Origin: Eledone cirrhosa
Lineage: Eukaryota
Assembly (NCBI GenBank): GCA_964016885.1
Contig: OZ024744.1
Span: 10,726,001 to 10,790,000, forward strand
Length of the DNA: 64,000 bases
Reading direction: 5' to 3'
The notes under the pieces are model-generated. The model saw only the letters and a program-made list of their open reading frames with translations, had not been told where the DNA came from and did no database searches. Within the stretch, counting starts at the first letter, position 1. Each line of letters begins with the position of its first letter. Positions 40,601 to 56,400 of the stretch are shown one piece after another. Made by a program: the position numbers and the translations under genes.

Positions 40601-43600
40601 TCCAATATGTTGTGTTCGTGTACTCCAATATGTTGTGTTATTGTACTCCAATATGTTGCGTTGTTGTACTCCAATATGTTGTGTTGTTATACTCCAATAT
40701 GTTGTGTTGTTGTACTCCAATATGTTGTCTTGTTGTACTCCAAAAGGCCATGTTATCGTACTCCAATATGTCTTGTTATACTCCAATATGTCGTGTGGCT
40801 GTACTCCAATATGTCATGTTGTTGTACTCCAATATGTCTTGTTATAGTCCAATATGTCGTGTTGTTGTACTCCAATATGTCATGTAGTTGTATTCCAATA
40901 TTTCGTGTTGTTGTACCCCAATATGTCGTGTTGTTTATACTCCAATATGTTTTGCTGTTGTACTCCAATATGTTGTGTTGCTGTACTCCAATATGTTGTG
41001 TTGTTATTCTCCAATATGTTGTGCTGTTGTACTCCAATGTGTTATGTTGTTATACTCCAATATGTTGTGCTGTGCTACTCCAATATATTGTGTTGTTGTA
41101 CTCCAATGTGTTGTGTTGTTATACTCCAATATGTTGTGTTGATTTACTCCAATATGTTGTGTTGTTGTACTCCAATCTGTTGTGTTGTTATACTCCAATA
41201 TGTTGTGTTGTTATACTCCAATATGTTGTGTTGTTTTACTCCAATATGTTGTGTTGTTGTACTCCAATATGTTGTGTTGTTGTACTCCAATATGTTGTGT
41301 TGTTGTAATCCAATATCTTGTGTTGTTATACTCCAATATGTTGTGTTGTTGTACTCCAATATGTTGTGTTGTTGTACTCCAATATGTTGTATTGTTGTTC
41401 TCCAATATGTCATGTTATACTCCAATAAGTTGTGTTATTGTACTCCAATGTGTTGTGTTGTTGTACTCCAATATATCATGTTGTCGTACTCCAATATGTC
41501 ATGTTATACTCCAATATGTCGTTGTTATACTCCAATATGTCATGTTGTTGTACTCCAATATGTCGTATTGTTGTACTCCAATATGTTTTGATGTTGTACT
41601 CCAATGTGTTGTGTTGTTGTACTCCAATATGTTGTGTAGTCGTACTCCAATATGTTGTATTGTTATACTCCAATATGTTGTGCTATTGTACTCCAATATG
41701 TTCTGTTGTTGTACTCCAATATATTGTGTTGTTGTACTCCAATATGTCGTGTTGTTGTACTCCAATATGTCGTGTTGTTGTACTCCAATATGTTGTGTTG
41801 TTGTACTCCAATATGTTGTGTTGTTGTACTCCAATATGTTGTGTTGTTATACTCCAATATGTTATGTTGTTGTACTCCAATATGTCATGTTGTTGTACTC
41901 CAATATGTTTTGATGTTGCACTCCAATATGTTGTGTTGTTGTACTCCAATATGTTGTGTAGTCGTACTCCAATATGTTGTGTTGTTGTACTCCAATATGC
42001 TGTGATGTTGTACTCCAATATGATGTGCTGTTGTACTCCAATGCGTTGTGTTGTTGTACTCCAATATGCTGTGTTGTTATACTCCAATATGTTGTGTTGT
42101 TGTACTCCAATATGTTGTGTTGTTGTACTCCAATATGTTGTGTTGTTGTAATCCAATATCTTGTGTTGTTATACTCCAATATGTTGTGCTGTTGTACTCC
42201 AATATGTTGAATTGTTATACTCCAATATGTTGTGTTGTTGTACTCCAATATGTTGTGTTGTTGTACTCCAATATGTTGTGTTATTGTACTCCAATATGTG
42301 ATGTTGTTGTACTCCAATATGTCGTGATGTTGTACTCCAATATGTTGTGTTGTTATACTCCACTATTTCATGTTGTTGTACTCCAATATGTCTTGTTGTT
42401 GTACTCCAATATGTTTTGATGTTGTACTCCAATATGTTGTGTTGTTGTACTCCAATATATCATGTTGTCGTACTCCAATATGTCATGTTATACTCCAATA
42501 TGTCGTTGTTATACTCCAATATGTCATGTTGTTGTACTCCAATATGTTGTGTTGTTGTACTCCGATATGTTGTGTTGGACTATACTCCAATATGTAGTGT
42601 TGTTGTAATCCAATATGTTGTGTTGTTGTACTCCAATATATAGTGATGTTGTACTCCAATATGTTGTGTTGTTATACTCCACTATTTCGTGTTGTTTTAC
42701 TCCAATATGTCATGTTGTTGTTCTCCAATATTTCGTGTTGTTGTACTCCAATATGTCATGGTGTTGTACTTCAATATGTCCTATTGTTGTACTCCAATAT
42801 GTTGTGTTGTTGTTCTCCAATATGTCGTGTTGTTATACTCCAATATGTTATGATGTTGTACTGCAATATATTGTGTTGTTGTACTCCAATATGTCTTGTT
42901 ATAGTCCAATATATCGTGTTGTTGTACTCCAATATGTCATGTTGTTGTACTCCAATATTTCGTGTTGTTGTACACCAATATGTCGTGTTGATTATACTAC
43001 AATTTTTGTTGCTGTTGTACTCCAATATGTTGTGTTGTTGTACTCTAATATGTTGTGTTGTTATTCTCCAATATGTTGTGCTGTTGTACTCCAATATGTT
43101 GTATTGTTGTTCTCCAATATGTCATGTTATACTCCAATAAGTTGTGTTCTTGTACTCCAATATGTTGTGTTGTTGTACTCCAATATGTTGTGTTGTTGTA
43201 CTCCAATATGTTGTGTTGTTGTACTCCAATATATCATGTTGTCGTACTCCAATGTGTCATGTTATACTCTAATATGTCGTTGTTATACTCCAATATGTCA
43301 TGATGTTGTACTCCAATATGTCGTGTTCTTGTACTCCAATATGCCGTGTTGTCGTACTCCAATATTTTGTGTTGTTGTACTCCAATATGTTGTGCTGTTG
43401 TACTCCAATATGTTGTGTTGTTGTACTTCAATATGTTGTGTTGTTATACTCCAATATGTTGTGCTGTTGTACTCCAATATTTCGTGTTGTTGTACTCCAA
43501 TACGTCGTGTTGTACTCCAATATGTTGTGTTGTTATACTCCAATATGTTATGTTGTTGTACTCCAATATGTCTTGTTGTTGTACTCCAATATGTTTTGAT

Positions 43601-45175
43601 GTTGTACTCCAATATGTTGTGTTGTTGTACTCCAATATGATGTGATGTTGTACTCCAATGCGTTGTGTTGTTGTACTCCAATGTGATGTGTTGTTGTACT
43701 CCAATATGTTGTGTTGTTATACTCCAATGTGTTGTGTTGTTATACTCCAATATGTTGTGTTGTTGTAGCCCAATATGTTGTGTTGTTGTACTCCAATGTG
43801 ATATGTTGTTATACTCCAATATGTTGTGCTGTTGTACTCCAATTTTTTTTGTTTTTTGTACTCCAATATGTTGTGTTGTTATACTCCAATATGTTGTGTT
43901 GTTATACTCCAATATGTTGTGCTGTTGTACTCCAAATCTCGTGTTGTTATACTCCAATATGGTGTGTTCGTGTACTCCAATATGTTGTGTTATTGTACTC
44001 CAATATGTTGCGTTGTTGTACTCCAATATGTTGTGTTGTTATACTCCAATATGTCGTGTGGCTGTACTCCAATATTTCGTGTTGTTGTACCCCAATATGT
44101 AGTGTTGTTTATACTCCAATATGTTTTGCTGTTGTACTCCAATATGTTGTGTTGCTGTACTCCTATATGTTGCGTTGTTATTCTCCAATATGTTGTGCTG
44201 TTGTACTCCAATGTGTTGTGTTGTTATACTCCAATATGTTGTGTTGATTTACTCCAATATGTTGTGTTGTTGTACTCCAATCTGTTGTGTTGTTATACTC
44301 CAATGTGTTGTGTTGTTATACTCCAATATGTTGTGTTGTTGTAGCCCAATATGTTGTGTTGTTGTACTCCAATATGTTGTGTTGTCGTACTCCAATATGT
44401 CCTGTTGTTGTACTCCAATATGTTGTGTTGTTATACTCCAATATGTTGTCTTGCTGTACTCCAATCTGTTGTATTGTTGTACTCCAATATGTTCTGTTGT
44501 TGTACTCCAATATATTGTATTGTTGTACTCCAATATGTTGTGTTGTTGTACTCCAATATGCTGTGTTGTTGTACTCCAATATGTTGTGTTGTTGTACTCC
44601 AATATGTTGTGTTGTTGTACTCCAATATCTTGTGTTGTTGTACTCCAATATGTTGTGTTGTTGTACTCCAATATGTTGTGTTGTGGTACTCCAATATGGT
44701 GTGTTGTTGAACTCCAATATGTTGTATTGTTTTTCTCCAATATGTCATGTTATACTCCAATATGTTGTGTTCGTGTACTCCAATATGTCATGTTGTTGTA
44801 CTCCAGTATGTCTTGTTATACTCCAATATGTCGTGTTGCTGTACTCCAATATGTCATGCTGTTGTACTCCAATATTTCGTGTCGTTGTACTCCAATATGT
44901 CGTGCTTTTGTACTCCAATATGTTTTGCTGTTGTACTCCACTGTGTTGTGTTGTTGAACTGCAATATGTTGTGTTGTTGTTCTCCAATATTTTGTGATGT
45001 TGTACTCCAATGTGTTGTGTTGTTATACTCCAATATGTTGTGTTGTGATACTCCAATGTGTTGTGTTGTTGTACTCCAATATGTTGTGTTGTTGTACTCC
45101 AATATGTTGTGTTGTTATACTCCAATGTGGTGTGCTGTTGTAATCCAATAGGTTGTGTTGTACTCCAATATGTTG
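37622..45175. repeat. 7.5-kb block matching 4961-12515
   Basis: Offset 32661 for 5102->37763, 7696->40357 and 11004->43665; 32638 for 12109->44747. Confidence 0.92.
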
Positions 45176-48100
45176 TGTTGTTATACTCCAATATGTAGTG
45201 TTGTTATACTCCAATATGTTATGATGTTGTACTGCAATATATTGTGTTGTTGTACTCCAATATGTCTTGTTATAGTCCAATATGCCGTGTTGTTGTACTC
45301 CAATATGTCATGCTGTTGTACTCCAATATTTCGTGTTGTTGTATACCAATATGTCGTGTTGATTATACTACAATTTTTGTTGCTGTTGTACTCCAATATG
45401 TTGTGTTGTTGTACTCTAATATGTTGTGTTGTTATTCTCCAATATGTTGTGCTGTTGTACTCCAATGTGTTATGTTGTTATACTCCAATATGTTGTGCTG
45501 TGATACTCCAATATGTTGTGTTGTTGTACTCCAATCTGTTGTGTTGTTATACTCCAATATGTTGTGTTGTTATACTCCAATATGTTGTGTTGTTTTACTC
45601 CAATATGTTGTGTTGTTGTACTCCAATATGTTGTGTTGTAGTACTCCAATATGTTGTGTTGTTGTAATCCAATATCTTGTGTTGTTATACTCCAATATGT
45701 TGTGTTGTTGTACTCCAATATGTTGTGTTGTTGTTCTCCAATATGTTGTGTTGTTATACTCCAATATGTTGTGTTATGATACTCCAATATGTTGTGCTGT
45801 TGTACTCCAATATGTTGTGTTGTCGTACTCCAATATGTGATGTTGTACTCCAATATGTCCTGTTGTTATACTCCAATATGTTGTGTTGTTATACTCCAAT
45901 ATGTCATGGTGTTGTACTTCAATATGTCGTGTTGTTGTACTCCAATATGTTGTGTTGTTGTACTCCAATACGCGATGTTGTTGTACTCCAATATGTTGTG
46001 TTGTTATACTCCAATATATTGTGTTGTTATACTCCAAAATGTTGTGTTGTTATACTCCAATATGTTGTGTTTTTGTACTCCAACATGTTGTGCTATTGTA
46101 CTCCAATATGATGTGTTGTTGTACTCCAATATGATGTGCTGTTGTACTCCAATGTGTTGTGTTGTTGTACTCCAATATGTTGTGCCATTGTACTCCAATA
46201 TTTTTTTGTTTTTGTACTCCAATATGTTGTGTTTTTATACTCCAATATGTTGTGTTGGTGTACTCCAATATGGTGTGCTGTTGTACTCCAAATCTCGTGT
46301 TGTTATACTCCAATGTGTTGTGTTGTTATACTCCAATATGGTGTGTTGTTGTACTCCAATATGTTGTATTGTTTTTCTCCAATATGTCATGTTATACTCC
46401 AATATGTTGTGTTCGTGTACTCCAATATGTTGTGTTATTGTACTCCAATATGTTGCGTTGTTGTACTCCAATATGTTGTGTTGTTATACTCCAATATGTT
46501 GTGTTGTTGTACTCCAATATGTTGTTTTGTTGTACTCCAATATGTCATGTTGTTGTACTCCAGTATGTCTTGTTATACTCCAATATGTCGTGTTGCTGTA
46601 CTCCAATATGTCATGCTGTTGTACTCCAATATATTTTGCTGTTGTACTCCACTGTGTTGTGTTGTTGAACTCCAATATGTTGTGTTGTTGTTCTCCAATA
46701 TTTTGTGATGTTGTACTCCAATGTGTTTTGTTGTTATACTCCAATATGTTGTGTTGTTATACTCCAATATGTTGTGTTGTTATACTCCAATATGTTGTGT
46801 TGTTGTACTCCAATATGTTGTGTTGTGATACTCCAATATGTTGTGCTGTTGTACTCCAATATGTTGAGTTGTTATACTCCAATATGTAGTGTTGTTATAC
46901 TTCAATATGTTGTGTTGTTGTACTCCAATATGTTGTGTTATTGTACTCCAATATGTTGCGTTGTTGTACTCCAATATGTTGCGTTGTTGTACTCCAATAT
47001 GTTGTGTTGTTATACTCCAATATGTCGTGTGGCTGTACTCCAATATTTCGTGTTGTTGTACCCCAATATGTAGTGTTGTTTATACTCCAATTTTTTTTGC
47101 TGTTGTACTCCAATATGTTGTGTTGCTGTACTCCTATATGTTGCGTTGTTATTCTCCAATATGTTGTGCTGTTGTACTCCAATGTGTTGTGTTGTTATAC
47201 TCCAATATGTTGTGTTGATTTACTCCAATATGTTGTGTTGTTGTACTCCAATCTGTTGTGTTGTTATACTCCAATGTGTTGTGTTGTTATACTCCAATAT
47301 GTTGTGTTGTTGTAGTCCAATATGTTGTGTTGTTGTACTCCAATATGTTGTGTTGTCGTACTCCAATATGTCCTGTTGTTGTACTCCAATATGTTGTGTT
47401 GTTATACTCCAATATTTCGTGTGGTTGTACTCCAATATGTCATGGTGTTGTACTTCAATATGTCGTGTTGTTGTACTCCAATATGTTGTCTTGCTATACT
47501 CCAATCTTTTGTATTGTTGTACTCCAATATGTTCTGTTGTTGTACTCCAATATATTGTATTGTTTTACTCCAATATGTTGTGTTGTTGTACTCCAATATG
47601 CTGTGTTGTTGTACTCCAATATGTTGTGTTGTTGTACTCCAATATGTTGTGTTGTTGTACTCCAATATCTTGTGTTGTTGTACTCCAATATGTTGTGTTG
47701 TTGTACTCCAATATGTTGTGTTGTGGTACTCCAATATGGTGTGCTGTTGTACTCCAATATGATGTGCTGTTGTACTCCAATATGTTGTGTTGTTGTACTC
47801 CAATGTGTTGTGTTGTTGTACTCCAATATGTTGTGCCGCTGTACTCCAATATTTTTTTGTTTTTGTACTCCAATGTGTTGTGTTGTTATACTCCAATATG
47901 GTGTGTTGTTGAACTCCAATATGTTGTATTGTTTTTCTCCAATATGTCATGTTATACTCCAATATGTTGTGTTCGTGTACTCCAATATGTTGTGTTATTG
48001 TACTCCAATATGTTGCGTTGTTGTACTCCAGTATGTTGTGTTGTTATACTCCAATACGTTGTGTTGTTGTACTCCAATATGTCATGTTGTTGTACTCCAG

Positions 48101-50419
48101 TATGTCTTGTTATACTCCAATATGTCGTGTTGCTGTACTCCAATATGTCATGCTGTTGTACTCCAATATTTCGTGTCGTTGTACTCCAATATGTCGTGCT
48201 TTTTTACTCCAATATGTTTTGCTGTTGTACTCCACTGTGTTGTGTTGTTGAACTCCAATATGTTGTGTTGTTGTTCTCCAATATTTTGTGATGTTGTACT
48301 CCAATGTGTTGTGTTGTTATACTCCAATATGTTGTGTTGTGATACTCCAATGTGTTGTGTTATTGTACTCCAATATGTTGTGTTGTTGTACTCCAATATG
48401 TTGTGTTGTTATACTCCAATGTGGTGTGCTGTTGTAATCCAATATGTTGTGTTGTACTCCAATATGTTGTGTTGTTATACTCCAATATGTAGTGTTGTTA
48501 TACTCCAATATGTTATGATGTTGTACTGCAATATATTGTGTTGTTGTACTCCAATATGTCATGCTGTTGTACTCCAATATTTCGTGTTGTTGTACCCCAA
48601 TATGTCGTGTTGATTATACTACAATTTTTGTTGCTGTTGTACTCCAATATGTTGTGTTGTTGTACTCTAATATGTTGTGTTGTTATTCTCCAATATGTTG
48701 TGCTGTTGTACTCCAATGTGTTATGTTGTTATACTCCAATATGTTGTGCTGTGATACTCCAATATGTTGTGTTGTTGTACTCCAATCTGTTGTGTTGTTA
48801 TACTCCAATATGTTGTGTTGTTATACTCCAATATGTTGTGTTGTTTTACTCCAATATGTTGTGTTGTTGTACTCCAATATGTTGTGTTGTAGTACTCCAA
48901 TATGTTGTGTTGTTGTAATCCAATATCTTGTGTTGTTATACTCCAATATGTTGTGTTGTTGTACTCCAATATGTTGTGTTGTTGTTCTCCAATATGTTGT
49001 GTTGTTATACTCCAATATGTTGTGTTATGATACTCCAATATGTTGTGCTGTTGTACTCCAATATGTTGTGTTGTCGTACTCCAATATGTGATGTTGTACT
49101 CCAATATGTCCTGTTGTTATACTCCAATATGTTGTGTTGTTATACTCCAATATGTCATGGTGTTGTACTTCAATATGTCGTGTTGTTGTACTCCAATATG
49201 TTGTGTTGTTGTACTCCAATACGCGATGTTGTTGTACTCCAATATGTTGTGTTGTTGTACTCCAATATATTGTGTTGTTATACTCCAATATGTTGTGTTG
49301 TTATACGCCAATATGTTGTGTTTTTGTACTCCAACATGTTGTGCTGTTGTACTCCAATATTGTTGTACTCCAATATGATGTGCTGTTGTACTCCAATGTG
49401 TTGTGCCGTTGTACTCCAATATTTTTTGTTTTTGTACTCCAATATGTTGTGTTTTTATACTCCAATATGTTGTGTTGGTGTACTCCAACATGGTGTGCTG
49501 TTATACTCCAATGTGTTGTGTTGTTATACTCCAATGTGTTGTGTTGTTATACTCCAATATGGTGTGTTGTTGTACTCCAATATGTTGTATTGTTTTTCCC
49601 CAATATGTCATGTTATACTCCAATATGTTGTGTTCGTGTACTCCAATATGTTGTGTTATTGTACTCCAATATGTTGTTTTGTTGTACTCCAATATGTCGT
49701 GTTGTTGTACTCCAGTATGTCTTGTTATACTCCAATATGTCGTGTTGCTGTACTCCAATATGTCATGCTGTTGTACTCCAATACGTTTTGCTGTTGTACT
49801 CCACTGTGTTGTGTTGTTGAACTCCAATATGTTGTGTTGTTGTTCTCCAATATTTTGTGATGTTGTACTCCAATGTGTTGTGTTGTTATACTCCAATATG
49901 TTGTGTTGTTATACTCCAATATGTTGTGTTGTTATACTCCAATATGTTGTGTTGTTGTACTCCAATATGTTGTGTTGTGATACTCCAATATGTTGTGCTG
50001 TTGTACTCCAATATGTTGAGTTGTTATACTCCAATATGTAGTGTTGTTATACTTCAATATGTTGTGTTGTTGTACTCCAATATGTTGTGTTGTTGTACTC
50101 CAATATGTGATGTTGTTGTACTCCAATATGTTTTGCTGTTGTACTCCACTGTGTTGTGTTGTTGAACTCCAATATGATGTGTTGTTGTTCTCCAATATTT
50201 TGTGCTGTTGTACTCCAATTTGTGTTGTTGTACTCCAATATGTTGTGTTGTTGTACTTCAATATGTTGTGTTGTTGTACTCCAATATGTTGCGTTGTTAT
50301 ACTCCAATATGTTGTGCTGTTGTACTCCAATATTTCGTGTTGTTGTACTCCAATACGGCGTGTTGTTGTACTCCAATATGTTTTGATGTTGTACTCCAAT
50401 ATGTTGTGTTGTTGTACTT

Positions 50420-53400
50420 CAATATGTTTTGATGTTGTACTCCAATATGTTGTGTTTTTTGTACTCCAATATGTTGTGTAGTCGTACTCCAATATGTTGT
50501 GTTGTTGCACTCCAATATGATGTGATGTTGTACTCCAATATGATGTGATGTTGCACTCCAATGCGTTGTGTTGTTGTACTCCAATGTGATGTGTTGTTGT
50601 ACTCCAATATGTTGTGCCGTTGTACTCCAATATTTTTTTATTTTTGTACTCCAATATGTTGTGTTGTTATACTCCAATATGTTGTGTTGTTATACTCCAA
50701 TATGTTGTGCTGTTGTACTCCAAATCTCGTGTTGTTTTACTCCAATGTGTTGTGTTGTTATAATCCAATAAGGTGTGTTGTTGTACTCCAATATGTTGTA
50801 TTGTTTTTTTCCAATATGTCATGTTATACTCCAATATGTTGTGTTCGTGTACTCCAATATGTTGTGTTATTGTACTCCAATATGTTGCGTTGTTGTACTC
50901 CAATATGTTGTGTTGTTATACTCCAATATGTTGTGTTGTTGTACTCCAATATGTTGTCTTGTTGTACTCCAAAAGGCCATGTTATCGTACTCCAATATGT
51001 CTTGTTATACTCCAATATGTCGTGTGGCTGTACTCCAATATGTCATGTTGTTGTACTCAAATATGTCTTGTTATAGTCCAATATGTCGTGTTGTTGTACT
51101 CCAATATGTCATGTAGTTGTATTCCAATATTTCGTGTTGTTGTACCCCAATATGTCGTGTTGTTTATACTCCAATATGTTTTGCTGTTGTACTCCAATAT
51201 GTTGTGTTGCTGTACTCCAATATGTTGTGTTGTTATTCTCCAATATGTTGTGCTGTTGTACTCCAATGTGTTATGTTGTTATACTCCAATATGTTGTGCT
51301 GTGCTACTCCAATATATTGTGTTGTTGTACTCCAATGTGTTGTGTTGTTATACTCCAATATGTTGTGTTGATTTACTCCAATATGTTGTGTTGTTGTACT
51401 CCAATCTGTTGTGTTGTTATACTCCAATATGTTGTGTTGTTATACTCCAATATGTTGTGTTGTTTTACTCCAATATGTTGTGTTGTTGTACTCCAATATG
51501 TTGTGTTGTTGTACTCCAATATGTTGTGTTGTTGTACTCCAATATGTTGTGTTGTTGTAATCCAATATCTTGTGTTGTTATACTCCAATATGTTGTGTTG
51601 TTGTACTCCAATATGTTGTGTTGTTATACTCCAATATGTTGTGTTGTGATACTCCAATATGTTGTGCTGTTGTACTCCAATATGTTGTGTTGTTATACTC
51701 CAATATGTTGTGTTGTTTTACTCCAATATGTTGTGTTGTTGTACTCCAATATGTTGTATTGTTGTTCTCCAATATGTCATGTTATACTCCAATAAGTTGT
51801 GTTCTTGTACTCCAATATGTTGTGTTGTACTCCAATATATCATGTTGTCGTACTCCAATATGTCATGTTATACTCCAATATGTCGTTGTTATACTCAAAT
51901 ATGTCATGTTGTTGTACTTCAATATGTCGTATTGTTGTACTCCAATATGTTTTGATGTTGTACTCCAATATGTTGTGTTGTTGTATTCCAATATGTTGTG
52001 TAGTCGTACTCCAATATGTTGTATTGTTATACTCCAATATGTTGTGCTGTTGTACTCCAATATGTTCTGTCGTTGAACTCCAATATATTGTGTTGTTCTA
52101 CTCCAATATGTCGTGTTGTTGTACTCCAATATGTCGTGTTGTTGTACTCCAATATGTCGTGTTGTTGTACTCCAATATGTCGTGTTGTTGTACTCCAATA
52201 TGTTGTGTTGTTGTACTCCAATATGTTGTGTTGTTATACTCCAATATGTTATGTTGTTGTACTCCAATATGTCATGTTGTACTCCAATATGTTGTGTTGT
52301 TGTACTCCAATATGTTTTGATGTTGTACTCCAATATGTTGTGTTGTCGTACTCCAATATGTTGTGTAGTCGTACTCCAATATGTTGTGTTGTTGTTCTCC
52401 AATATGTTGTGTTGTTATACTCCAATATGTTATGTTGTTGTACTCCAATATGTCATGTTGTACTCCAATATGTTTTGATGTTGTACTCCAATATGTTGTG
52501 CTGTTGTACTCCAATATTTTTTTGTTTTTGTACTCCAATATGTTGTGTTGTTATACTCCAATATGTTGTGCTGTTGTACTCCAAATCTCGTGTTGTTATA
52601 CTCCAATATGGTGTGTTCGTGTACTCCAATAGGTTATGTTATTGTACTCCAATATGTTGCGTTGTTGTACTCCAATATGTTGTGTTGTTATACTCCAATA
52701 TGTCGTGTTGTTTTACTCCAATATGTCATGCTGTTGTACTCCAATATGTTTTGCTGTTGTACTCCACTGTGTTGTGTTGTTGAACTCCAATATGTTGTGT
52801 TGTTGTTCTCCAATATTTTGTGCTGTTGTACTCCAATTTGTGTTGTTGTACTCCAATATGTTATGTTGTTGTACTCCAATATGTTGTGTTGTTGTACTCC
52901 AATATGTTGTGCTGTTGTACTCCAATATTTCGTGTTGTTGTACTCCAATACGTCGTGTTGTTGTACTCCAATATGTTTTGATGTTGTACTCCAATATGTT
53001 GTGTTGTTGTACTCCAATATGTTTTGATGTTGTACTCCAATATGTTGTGTTGTTGTACTCCAATATGTTGTGTAGGCGTACTCCAATATGTTGTGTTGTT
53101 GTACTCCAATATGATGTGATGTTGTACTCCAATATGATGTGATGTTGTACTCCAATGCGTTGTGTTGTTGTACTCCAATGTGATGTGTTGTTGTACTCCA
53201 ATATGTTGTGTCGTTGTACTCTAATATTTTTTATTTTTGTACTCCAATATGTTGTGTTGTTATACTCCAATATGTTGTGCTGTTGTACTCCAAATCTCGT
53301 GTTGTTATACTCCAATGTGTTGTGTTGTTATACTCCAATATGGTGTGTTGTTGTACTCCAATATGTTGTATTGTTTTTTCCAATATGTCATGTTATACTC

Positions 53401-56400
53401 CAATATGTTGTGTTCGTGTACTCCAATATGTTGTGTTATTGTACTCCAATATGTTGCGTTGTTGTACTCCAATATGTTGTGTTGTTATACTCCAATATGT
53501 TGTGTTGTTGTACTCCAATATGTTGTCTTGTTGTACTCCAAAAGGTCATGTTATCGTACTCCAATATGTCTTGTTATACTCCAATATGTCGTGTGGCTGT
53601 ACTCCAATATGTCATGTTGTTGTACTCCAATATGTCTTGTTATAGTCCAATATGTCGTGTTGTTGTACTCCAATATGTCATGTAGTTGTATTCCAATATT
53701 TCGTGTTGTTGTACCCCAATATGTCGTGTTGTTTATACTCCAATATGTTTTGCTGTTGTACTCCAATATGTTGTGTTGCTGTACTCCAATATGTTGTGTT
53801 GTTATTCTCCAATATGTTGTGCTGTTGTACTCCAATGTGTTATGTTGTTATACTCCAATATGTTGTGCTGTGCTACTCCAATATATTGTGTTGTTGTACT
53901 CCAATGTGTTGTGTTGTTATACTCCAATATGTTGTGTTGATTTACTCCAATATGTTGTGTTGTTGTACTCCAATCTGTTGTGTTGTTATACTCCAATATG
54001 TTGTGTTGTTATACTCCAATATGTTGTGTTGTTTTACTCCAATATGTTGTGTTGTTGTACTCCAATATGTTGTGTTGTTGTACTCCAATATGTTGTGTTG
54101 TTGTAATCCAATATCTTGTGTTGTTATACTCCAATATGTTGTGTTGTTGTACTCCAATATGTTGTGTTGTTGTACTCCAATATGTTGTATTGTTGTTCTC
54201 CAATATGTCATGTTATACTCCAATAAGTTGTGTTATTGTACTCCAATGTGTTGTGTTGTTGTACTCCAATATATCATGTTGTCGTACTCCAATATGTCAT
54301 GTTATACTCCAATATGTCGTTGTTATACTCCAATATGTCATGTTGTTGTACTCCAATATGTCGTATTGTTGTACTCCAATATGTTTTGATGTTGTACTCC
54401 AATGTGTTGTGTTGTTGTACTCCAATATGTTGTGTAGTCGTACTCCAATATGTTGTATTGTTATACTCCAATATGTTGTGCTATTGTACTCCAATATGTT
54501 CTGTTGTTGTACTCCAATATATTGTGTTGTTGTACTCCAATATGTCGTGTTGTTGTACTCCAATATGTCGTGTTGTTGTACTCCAATATGTTGTGTTGTT
54601 GTACTCCAATATGTTGTGTTGTTGTACTCCAATATGTTGTGTTGTTATACTCCAATATGTTATGTTGTTGTACTCCAATATGTCATGTTGTTGTACTCCA
54701 ATATGTTTTGATGTTGCACTCCAATATGTTGTGTTGTTGTACTCCAATATGTTGTGTAGTCGTACTCCAATATGTTGTGTTGTTGTACTCCAATATGCTG
54801 TGATGTTGTACTCCAATATGATGTGCTGTTGTACTCCAATGCGTTGTGTTGTTGTACTCCAATATGCTGTGTTGTTATACTCCAATATGTTGTGTTGTTG
54901 TACTCCAATATGTTGTGTTGTTGTACTCCAATATGTTGTGTTGTTGTAATCCAATATCTTGTGTTGTTATACTCCAATATGTTGTGCTGTTGTACTCCAA
55001 TATGTTGAATTGTTATACTCCAATATGTTGTGTTGTTGTACTCCAATATGTTGTGTTGTTGTACTCCAATATGTTGTGTTATTGTACTCCAATATGTGAT
55101 GTTGTTGTACTCCAATATGTCGTGATGTTGTACTCCAATATGTTGTGTTGTTATACTCCACTATTTCATGTTGTTGTACTCCAATATGTCTTGTTGTTGT
55201 ACTCCAATATGTTTTGATGTTGTACTCCAATATGTTGTGTTGTTGTACTCCAATATATCATGTTGTCGTACTCCAATATGTCATGTTATACTCCAATATG
55301 TCGTTGTTATACTCCAATATGTCATGTTGTTGTACTCCAATATGTTGTGTTGTTGTACTCCGATATGTTGTGTTGGACTATACTCCAATATGTAGTGTTG
55401 TTGTAATCCAATATGTTGTGTTGTTGTACTCCAATATATAGTGATGTTGTACTCCAATATGTTGTGTTGTTATACTCCACTATTTCGTGTTGTTTTACTC
55501 CAATATGTCATGTTGTTGTTCTCCAATATTTCGTGTTGTTGTACTCCAATATGTAATGGTGTTGTACTTCAATATGTCCTATTGTTGTACTCCAATATGT
55601 TGTGTTGTTGTTCTCCAATATGTCGTGTTGTTATACTCCAATATGTTATGATGTTGTACTGCAATATATTGTGTTGTTGTACTCCAATATGTCTTGTTAT
55701 AGTCCAATATATCGTGTTGTTGTACTCCAATATGTCATGTTGTTGTACTCCAATATTTCGTGTTGTTGTACACCAATATGTCGTGTTGATTATACTACAA
55801 TTTTTGTTGCTGTTGTACTCCAATATGTTGTGTTGTTGTACTCTAATATGTTGTGTTGTTATTCTCCAATATGTTGTGCTGTTGTACTCCAATATGTTGT
55901 ATTGTTGTTCTCCAATATGTCATGTTATACTCCAATAAGTTGTGTTCTTGTACTCCAATATGTTGTGTTGTTGTACTCCAATATGTTGTGTTGTTGTACT
56001 CCAATATGTTGTGTTGTTGTACTCCAATATATCATGTTGTCGTACTCCAATGTGTCATGTTATACTCTAATATGTCGTTGTTATACTCCAATATGTCATG
56101 ATGTTGTACTCCAATATGTCGTGTTCTTGTACTCCAATATGCCGTGTTGTCGTACTCCAATATTTTGTGTTGTTGTACTCCAATATGTTGTGCTGTTGTA
56201 CTCCAATATGTTGTGTTGTTGTACTTCAATATGTTGTGTTGTTATACTCCAATATGTTGTGCTGTTGTACTCCAATATTTCGTGTTGTTGTACTCCAATA
56301 CGTCATGTTGTACTCCAATATGTTGTGTTGTTATACTCCAATATGTTATGTTGTTGTACTCCAATATGTCTTGTTGTTGTACTCCAATATGTTTTGATGT

